NCBI GenBank assembly: GCA_964016885.1
Contig: OZ024744.1
Location: 51,088,001 to 51,152,000 of the forward strand
Origin: Eledone cirrhosa
Taxonomy: Eukaryota
Direction of reading: 5' to 3'
Length of the DNA: 64,000 nucleotides
The stretch's first letter is position 1, and each line of letters begins with the position of its first letter. Positions 54,587-64,000 of this stretch are shown here, one piece after another. The position numbers were made by a program, and so were the translations under genes. The notes beneath the pieces were generated by a model. It was given only the letters and a program-made list of their open reading frames with translations. It was not told the origin of the DNA and ran no database searches.

Positions 54587-55568
54587 TAATATATAAAATT
54601 TTTCTACATATATTTTGCATATATCTTAATTGAATATTCTTTTAAATTCTAGTATGAACGACACATGTAACCTAACTATTTTAACTAAGCAATATTAGAG
54701 TTATCTTTTCCTTTATAATGTAACACGCTTAAATATTTCTTCTAAGTAACAACTAAACTTTACATTAATATTAAATTTTCTGTATAATTTCGTTAACTTA
54801 CTAAACTTTGTAAATGTATTCCTATTTTGATGCAACTATAGAATGTACAAACTAATCTTCTCTAATAACACTAGAACTACTTCCTTTTTCTTAACTATAT
54901 ATTGAAAATGAAAGCATGAAATTTATCGAAACCCTTAACATATATAAAAATATTAAAATTATCAATCTATTGAACAAAAACATATATACTCACCAAAATT
55001 ATTTATATAAATATTTATATAAATAACCTGTTGTAATATAATAAAGTAAAAAATAACTACAACCTTAAATCTTCATAAAATATACTTATAAATATTATCT
55101 ATATAATATTATAACTCACGATTAGAATAGATCCAATAATTAGTACTATCTCTCAATTTTAAAATTGGTATTCCACCACTTCAACACATTTATGGTTCTC
55201 ATATTATTTTATGGATACTACCGGGGTGTATAATTATAATTAAATAAATAAATATAATGGTATTACTCTCTTTACACCATCACTGATTTTAATAATAATA
55301 GTGTATTTCTAACTATAATATAATTTTTTTCTTATACTCATTCCTTAAATTTTCTTACACCCTTATATTAATATTAACCTTTCTCTCTTCTTCCCATCAA
55401 TATTTAAATTTACCTAGCGTCTAAATATAACTATCTTTTTCAACTGTACGTTTAGCCTAATTAACATAGTCATCCTAAGATTTGAAATTTCTTTCACTAT
55501 CCAATCTGAACTTAAAACGATAAGTTCTTGCTTTTTTGGATATGTCAATATTTATAAAACAACTTTTG

Positions 55569-55629
55569 TATTTTACCTGATGAGAGCGTACCAAAATTTT
55601 GGAACCCTTGAAATATATATAATAAAATA
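55569..55629 (+). ncRNA. Type I hammerhead motif (H2)
   Basis: tattttac-CTGATGA-gagcgtaccaaaattttggaaccctt-GAAA-tatata-TA-ataaaata. Confidence 0.75.
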
Positions 55630-55670
55630 AATATTGTTTTATAAAGATAGTTTCCATTTATTAATATTAT

Positions 55671-55724
<54 letters not shown>

Positions 55725-55775
55725 CTCTCTTTCTCTAGATATATATCTCTCTCTATTTAAAGCAAAAATAAAAAA

Positions 55776-55878
<103 letters not shown>

Positions 55879-55979
55879 AATATATATACAAATATATATA
55901 TAAGGTGGAAACAGCGATTCTTTTCTTAAACTTTAATCTGTTATTTTAATAAATTAATAATTATATATATATATATACA

Positions 55980-56025
<46 letters not shown>

Positions 56026-56252
56026 TATATATATATACAGTATATATATATATAGATATATACATATGCACACACACACACATATATATATGCACACATG
56101 CACACTTATATTTATAACCAGAATCTGTAACTATGTCATAGACTGAATGTCCACCACACACCAGAGTGTATCTATGTATTTGTAGCTATCAAGACAGTTA
56201 GATACTCCTAGATTTATAAATGAGCTAATATATTTATGTGTATGTACAAAAT

Positions 56253-56361
<109 letters not shown>

Positions 56362-56702
56362 TATATATATATATATATATATATTCATTAAAGTAATTAC
56401 CAAATATTTTAAAATTAAATATTGATTTACGTACGTTTCGTCCCCTTATTAGGACTTTTCAAAATCAGTTATTTATAAGTAAAAGTTATTTATAAGGAAA
56501 ACGCCCAACAATCAGCAGTCAGAGAATTTGTTGACATTTAAAATTAAAAACGACGCCATAATGCATGGGGGTAAATATGTTGTCTAACTGCAGAACGTCA
56601 AACCACTCTAGCAAATTACTATAAAAACTATAAAAACTTTTTTTACAAAACAAATAGCAAATAAATAGAAAAACAGAAATATAATATTGATAAAAAATAT
56701 AA

Positions 56703-57498
56703 TCTATATATCTAAAACAGAGAATATCTGTCTGTCTGACTCCCTAAAACTCGAGAACCACCCAACCGATTTTTTTCAAACTTTACACATTTGAGCAAAA
56801 TAATTTCAAATTTTCAATGTTCTAGGGACCGCATTAGGCGAAAAACCGCATATTTTAGGCTTTAAAGGCATAACGGAACAATAATCCAGGCGATTTCTTC
56901 AAATTTTGCATTACTTATGTCGTTTAAAGTGTTTTGAGCAAAAAAGATTTTCTCATTTTTTTCCCCAGGGACCGCATTTTTTGTTGCGTTAGGGCCTGTA
57001 ACTCGACAAGTACCCAACCTATTTTTTAAAAACTTTGCATATGCATTACTTATGTTTCACAAACTTTCGTGACTGAAAAAGATTTCAAATTTCTGCCCGG
57101 GGACCGCATTGTTTAACATTTTGGTTACGTTAGGGCCTGTAACCTTAAAAGTATCCAACTAAATTCCTTCATGCTCTCCACCACTGCAGCCCCACATGCT
57201 TATTGCTCTGTAACTATTGCTTTCATTGTACCATAGCACAACAATTGCATCTTCGGTTTGTCGAATGCCTTTTTACTTAGCCCTATCATCTTGGCTTTCG
57301 TGGGTTGAACATTTTACTCTCAGGCACCCAATTAAGTTAAACCTCTGGTAATCTACGACGAATTTATTTTATAAGCACAACATGTAGACACCACCCCAGG
57401 CCGAGGTATTCCGTACTTCTCTGTACTGTTTCAGAAACGAGGGATAAACATGCCAATCTATGTTTAGAATCCCAAGCAACGCCGGGCCATTATGTTAG
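56703..57498 (+). mobile_element. Non-autonomous Helitron-like element
   Basis: A|TCtatatat 5' end, (ctgt)n, internal repeats, 3' hairpin cccaagcaacgccggg then TTAG|T. Confidence 0.7.
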
Positions 57499-57533
57499 TA
57501 AAATATAAAAAGGAAAAAAATAGACATAAAGGT

Positions 57534-57565
<32 letters not shown>

Positions 57566-58968
57566 CTGTTAGAACACGAAAAGTGTGAAACAACAGAATG
57601 TTCACTTTTCGTGTTCTAACATATATGCCTAGCTTCTATAAAAATTTTTCGGGGATAGCCGTGGTGGTGGTGATCGTATGTCATTGGCTAATTTTCAACC
57701 AATCAGAGTACCTCTCTCTATATCTCTTCCACTGTTACTTACGCCTGTTTCTCTCTATCTGTTCCGTCTCTATATATATCTCTTACTCTTTCGCTTTGCA
57801 CTCCTCCCCTTCAATACCATCTCTCCCCCTCTCTATATATTTGTTACTCTATCGCTGCACGCTCCTCTCCTTCAATATATCAATTACACACGCTTTACAT
57901 TCCTTTATCCCCAGCGCCCCTATATATACACCCCCCCTCTCCCGCATCTATATTTTAATGTACCGTTGCACCGTGAATATATGTGTCTATATATATATAC
58001 ATATATATTGTATATACACATTCATGTATGTGTATACACACTCATGTATGTATATACACTGGTTTTATGTGTGTATTGTAAATTTGTACTGTTAAAACAC
58101 GAAACTAACATTCGATTGACACTTTGATTACCTGTACAGGCAATAGTTATTAGAATGCTGTTGAAGTGTGTATATATTTTTGGGGGACATCCTGTATATA
58201 CACACATTATATATAATACAATAAACAGATAAATACACACATATATATATGAGCTTATTTAATTATAAATATTGTGAATTTTTAACTCAGTTCAATTATA
58301 TATATAAATGGCTTCTACAGGACTAGAACTGTTTCATTCGAAAGAAATCATCATAATATTGAGAGGGGGGACTAGATAAAATATTTCAAATCAAATGTGT
58401 ATAAGTTATAAGTTAAAATGTATAAATAGAGACGATAGTGGAGGTATATCTGTTTAGTGGAACAGTAGACGATAGAATTAAATACAGACGATAATCTCCC
58501 TTTAATGAAACAGCAGACGATAGAATTAAGGCAATTTAAATTTTAAGCATTTGCATTTTTGCCTTTCATCGTTACGGGGTCGATAAAATAAAGTACCAGT
58601 AATACACTGTCACTAAACGACTTTCAAATTGAATTGTTGGTTCCATTTCTTTAGTATTTTCAATTGTAGTTATCTACTTAAAAAGCGTTACACGGTTAGA
58701 GACATAATTCGTAAGTTATATCTTCCCTATTAAACCATTGCATTATTTCGCCTACAATAGAACAAAAATGAAATGTTCTTTAAAGAAACAGGAATATAAC
58801 TTTATAAAAAAAAAAGTTGCATCCGCTTCTTTTATCATTGATAATTTTTTCGTTTTAATATTAATTGTTTTTTGTAGTTGTTTATATTAAAAATCTTACT
58901 GTAATATTTACTTAAACGAAGGCAAACATCTAAACTTATAGATTAATCTTGAGCGAAGGACTAGATAA

Positions 58969-59032
<64 letters not shown>

Positions 59033-59423
59033 GAAGAATGATAAAATTTCAAGCAAAGAGTTTAATTAGGTATATTTTGTAATATTATTAACTAATTATT
59101 ATAATTAACGCGCATATTTTGCTATCCTCAAACACGTTTACACATGGCATGAAATATAACTAATCCGAGATGGCTAGGTTTCATCTTCTAACTGGATATA
59201 CGAAATCCATTATGTCTTGACAACAACATGAGGTAACATTATGTTATTCACAGACACACTTTGTACACTGTTCCATATCAGAATGTATTTCCTTCGTCAC
59301 ATTCACAAACAGTATTGAAAATATGTTCTTCGGCAAATAAAAATGTTTTGTTCATAATATTTCAACTAGCGATTGCTCTACTCCACGCACGACCACCATA
59401 AATTAATGACCAGCTCAACACAA

Positions 59424-59592
59424 GTATTGGTAGAGCGTCAGACACCATGCTTTGCAGTATTGTTATGGTCCTTTGCATTCTAAGTTCAAATCCTGCCGAG
59501 GTTAACTTCGACTTTCATACTTACTAATTCGATAAAATAAAGTACCAGTAATGGACTGCCGTAATGGATTTGTGCCGAAAAATAGAAACACT
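59424..59592 (+). mobile_element. Diverged SINE S1
   Basis: B box and core recognisable. Confidence 0.75.
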
Positions 59593-60146
59593 ATTAATGT
59601 GCAATAAGAGCAAAATATAACGACATTGCTCAATTATTTTATCTAATGTTGTAATAACACAAGGAAATGTTGTTTGTGTATTTTTTTTTATATTTGCTCA
59701 TAGGCTTTTACAATTTCGCTCAGCCAACAACTATTAAAAAGTGAGTTGCTTAAGATAACAATTTAATCACAAATTGTTGCTATCTTTTAATACACTCCAA
59801 CAAGTCATCAAATTATGTACAATAAAAACAAATCTTATTAATTTGCTCAGGGAATATAAAGAAAATGTATATACACTGATAATTGCAATTGTATGTAAAT
59901 ATTTTGTTTTTGTATTGTATATTTTATGTTTTCTATTATGTATAATATATTGATTTAATATTGATTGTTTTTTGTAGTTGTTTATATTAAAAGTCTGAAA
60001 ATATTTTTATACATCTTACACTAATATTTATAAGATAATTTATAATAACAATTACATAATCTAATTACATTACAACGATAATTTATTATTAATATATATC
60101 CTGTTTAACTAGAGTTATTACAAGCGTTGCCTTAAAAAAATATTAA

Positions 60147-61103
60147 ACTAGACATGAAAAATGCGCAAGCTCAAAAGTGCCACAGAATGTTATAATAAAC
60201 CTTCAAAAGTGTGGGACTAGAGTTGTTGCTAAAAAATATTGTAATCATTATATATCGTACATTCTGTGGCATCCTTTATAAAAATAGCTTAAACCAACGA
60301 AGCCTTTATTTTTACGCTATTTCACTTAGTTAATTCTTAGAGTGTGACATATAAAAATATGATTTACAACTATAAAATAAATTAATTAATATAATAACAG
60401 AGCTGCGGAGCTGAAATTTAGGAAATAATGGAGTATCGGATCCTGAGTTGGAGCCAGTCAATTTTTGGCCGACTCCGCAGCCCTGTATAATACATTTCAT
60501 ATTAAAGTTATTAATAAACCTATTTTACACTTCATGCAAATTACCACGAGATATTGATATTAGATATAAGATACAGCGCAATATCTACAGCTGTAAAAGT
60601 ACGAAAGCGAAGTAATAATAAGTGGCTTAAGGTAATTCCAATATGAAAGTTTGTAGTGATAAAAATTTGATAATGCAATACGATTGTTAATATTATAGTT
60701 CTATGAAAATGTAACAATAGATAACTAAATTATTTTACTATTAGTATATTTAAGAAATTATCATTATAGATTTGATCGTTCATATAAGCATCATATTAAG
60801 TTTCAACACAATTATTTTGTTACTATGAGTATATGATAATAATATTACGTAATTATTTATAGCTGTTATTACATTAAACATAGATGTATTTATTTTTATA
60901 TGTTACACTCTAAGAATTAACTAAGTGAAATAGCGTAAAAATAAAGGCTTCGTTGGTTTAAGCTATTTTTATAAAGGATGCCACAGAATGTACGATATAT
61001 AATGATTACAATATTTTTTAGCAACAACTCTAGTCCCACACTTTTGAAGGTTTATTATAACATTCTGTGGCACTTTTGAGCTTGCGCATTTTTCATGTCT
61101 AGT
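60147..61103. repeat. 210-bp near-perfect inverted repeats around a 535-bp AT-rich spacer (foldback/MITE-like)
   Basis: 60147-60357 pairs with 60892-61103; a small internal IR element cagagctgcggag...ctccgcagccctg lies at about 60398-60485. Confidence 0.85.
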
Positions 61104-61747
61104 ACATACATGTATATATATGTGTACATACAGACACATATACATACGCATACACACACATATATATATACACTCGCACATACATATATAAATATACCAT
61201 ACATACAAATACATACACACACACATATATATATATATTTATATGTATATACACATATATATATACTCACGCACACACATGCACTCATATATATATTTAA
61301 AAAATATATATATACATACACACACACACATTTATATATATGCTCATGCACACACACGCACTCATATATATATATATATATATACACACACATATACACA
61401 CATACACACATACATAAACAATAAAGACATAACTGTGTATCTAACACTCACATATATATACGTGTGCACAGTCACATGCATACACATGTAAAAATACATA
61501 AACATACACATCAATTTGATGACATATATACATACATAGACACAAAAATGTTTTTATATTTCCACATAAAGCCAGATCTAGAAATACAGCTGCACATAAA
61601 CAATCTATAGAAAAATAAGAAATAAAAATATACAGTAGAAAAAGATAAGTATACCCATACAAAAGTACCACCCACATAGAACTAGAAATACATTCACACA
61701 TATATACATACATATACACACATACATATACACACACACACATACAC

Positions 61748-61812
<65 letters not shown>

Positions 61813-61860
61813 AGACGTAAAATAAGAAAATTATAAAATTAACTTACTTACTAAAATATC

Positions 61861-61943
61861 ACTTCCAACTAATTAGTTTCTGGAATGGAGTAAATATATT
61901 TTCCGAAGAATAATATTGAGAAGCATTCCGTCGTCAGGAAAGT
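61861..61943 (-). ncRNA. Type I hammerhead motif (H6)
   Basis: actttc-CTGACGA-cggaatg...cattcca-GAAA-ctaattag-TT-ggaagt; palindromic ACTAATTAGT stem III. Confidence 0.82.
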
Positions 61944-62273
61944 CTATTCTCATGTAAGTTTCCAGGCAAAGCGAGGACACTGGAAACTTATTAAAAAATA
62001 ATTCAGTGGATAGGAAATAGCGAAGCGTGGACTGAATTCCAAGCCATTGAGAAAATCACTGCCTCTACGTCTGTGGCAAATTCAAAAAGAATCGAACACG
62101 TGACATCGAGGTCAATCAGTGGAAAGTGGTTTGCTAATAAGACAGCGGCCTGCCTACAACCGTAGCAGCAGTCATGGCCAATATTGCTCGACAAATAATT
62201 TGGAGATAATAATAAAGAATTCATATCTAGTAACATATATATACATACAGATGCGATCTATATATATATATAT

Positions 62274-62561
62274 AAAGTAGAGAGAAATGTTTAAGACCTG
62301 AAGGCGGCCAGAACCACCAGTTGCCAGCCGGTCACCCAGGCTGGCAACTGCTGGTTCTGGCCGCCTTCAGGTCTTAAACATTTCTCTCTACTTTTCAGCC
62401 CCTTGGATTGTGTCTACCATTATTATATTCCTTTATTAGATAAATTTCGTAATACCTGATGATGTCACCGGGTTCTTGCAGAACCCAGTCATTGAAATGT
62501 GCATAGTGTTTATAATAAACCCTTAAATAATTTCACCAGTCCAACCTCCTGTCATTTTACT

Positions 62562-62567
<6 letters not shown>
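62274..62567 (+). mobile_element. H3 element with a 5' fold-back hairpin (62274-62393) between (TA)n tracts
   Basis: Homologous to 35410-35622; its first roughly 55 nt are duplicated in inverted orientation. Confidence 0.85.
62451..62510 (+). ncRNA. Type I hammerhead motif (H3)
   Basis: aatac-CTGATGA-tgtcaccgggttcttgcagaacccagtcatt-GAAA-tgtgca-TA-gtgtt. Confidence 0.82.
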
Positions 62568-62634
<67 letters not shown>

Positions 62635-63160
62635 ACTAAAGAAATTTTAGCCTGATAGTGGGGTTTAGAACCCTCAGAGAAATGGAAAAAGATGAGTATT
62701 GACGTACATGGTTATCCAGATCACTGTGCTACCATTACACCAACACATCACCCATCTCCTTCCATTCAAATTAGAAGCTACATTCTTAGCAAGTATGATG
62801 ACAAGTAAGTATGTTTTGAAACAGCGAGCAAGTTTTAAATTAAAAAATAGAAGCTTTCACCGTATTTTTTTTACTAAAGAAATTTTAGCCTGATACTTAC
62901 TTGTCATCATACTTGCTAAGAATGTAGCTTATAATTTGAATGGAAGGAGATGGGTGATGTGTTGGTGTAATGGTAGCACAGTGGTCTGGATAACCAAAGA
63001 TGTGGGTTCGACTGCCATGGTACGTCAAAACTCATCTTTTTCCATTTCTCTGAGGGTTCTAAACCCCACTATCAGGCTAAAATTTCTTTAGTAAAAAAAT
63101 ACGGTGAAAGCTTCTATTTTCTAATTTCAAACTTGCTCGCTGTTTCAAAACATGCTTACT

Positions 63161-63162
<2 letters not shown>
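62635..63162. mobile_element. Inverted pair of circularly permuted, roughly 260-nt units containing a tRNA-like cassette, flanked by (TA)n
   Basis: Terminal redundancy in each arm; tRNA-like fold at 62955-63027 (+). Confidence 0.8.
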
Positions 63163-63223
<61 letters not shown>

Positions 63224-63235
63224 TGATATAAATAT

Positions 63236-63318
<83 letters not shown>

Positions 63319-63349
63319 AAATTAGTATTACTCTAGTCAGGTTCCTTAA

Positions 63350-63760
63350 TTTTATAGTAAAAGGAGTAATGTTTCTTATCTTGACAAGAAGGAATTACCT
63401 CATTTTTCAAATTGGAGATTAATATTTCAAACGCTTCGGTTAAACAAAGATTACAGTTGGATCTATTTCCCCCATGTGGTCTTGCTGTATTAATTTAGTA
63501 TTTAATATTATATTTAACCTTATCTTCTTTAAGGGGCCAGAAAAGTCGTATTTTTCAGCTTCATATTTTTAAATGAATGAGTCTGAGCACAGAATTCAGT
63601 TCTGAATTTATTGGCAGTAGCACCTATATAATTAAAGCAATTATCACTAGTTGAAACCGCGCATCTATAAATAACATTAGTTTTAAGACATTTACCTCCA
63701 AGTGGGCAATTATTAGGAATTCTAGAGTTACACATAATCCCTAAAGATCGACTATTATTA
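63350..63760 (-). mobile_element. Penelope-like element GIY-YIG fragment
   Basis: CNSRIPNNCPLGGKCLKTNVIYRC...YIGATANKF...; CNLCLTEAFEIL. Confidence 0.8.
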
Positions 63761-63761
63761 T

Positions 63762-63945
63762 TGATTGGCAGTTTCGGTAGAGGGTCGGACGCCATGCTTT
63801 CCAGCATAGTTACGTCCCTTTACGATCTGAGTTCAAATCCCGCCGAGGTTGACTTTGCCTTTCATCCTTACGGGGTCGATAAAATAAAGTACCAGTAATG
63901 CACTGGGTAATTACTAGTCTTGTGCCTAAAGTAGAAACAATTATT
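63762..63945 (+). mobile_element. SINE S1
   Basis: Match to S1; flanked by the direct repeat ttattgatt. Confidence 0.9.
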
Positions 63946-64000
63946 GATTATATCCTTATTATGATACCCACCAACAAAAGTGTCACTGGTATACTTAATT

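Noticed and set aside
54600-55540. AT-rich decayed coding-like sequence (also 38780-39420 and 14900-15520)
   Set aside because: Probably old retroelement ORFs, but no diagnostic motif could be read
62955-63027. Functional tRNA gene
   Set aside because: T-arm mismatches, atypical anticodon loop and location inside a repeat; treated as tRNA-derived

Overview
Gene-free, repeat-saturated animal genomic DNA. The SINE families, dense (TA)n/(CA)n/(ATT)n microsatellites and RTE/Tx1/Penelope relics resemble a cephalopod (Octopus-like) genome; the host is inferred, not proven. No host gene exon could be supported. The window holds four L1/Tx1-clade LINE copies arranged as two head-to-tail pairs joined by (ATT)n, plus fragments of CRE-like, R4/Dong, RTE, Penelope-like (GIY-YIG), mariner and Helitron elements, about 15 tRNA-derived SINEs and several satellites. 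Three less obvious signals stand out. (1) There are 14 type I hammerhead-ribozyme motifs with intact CUGANGA/GAAA cores from about 7 families, plus degenerate and half copies; they sit in short non-coding elements abutting (TA)n, often as fold-back palindromes or circularly permuted units. (2) A 52-54 nt GT-AG micro-intron candidate is conserved across two Tx1 subfamilies; splicing it would remove the ORF1 stop and fuse ORF1 in frame to ORF2. (3) The Tx1 family appears to target (ATT)n. All coordinates were read by eye and may be off by a few bases.
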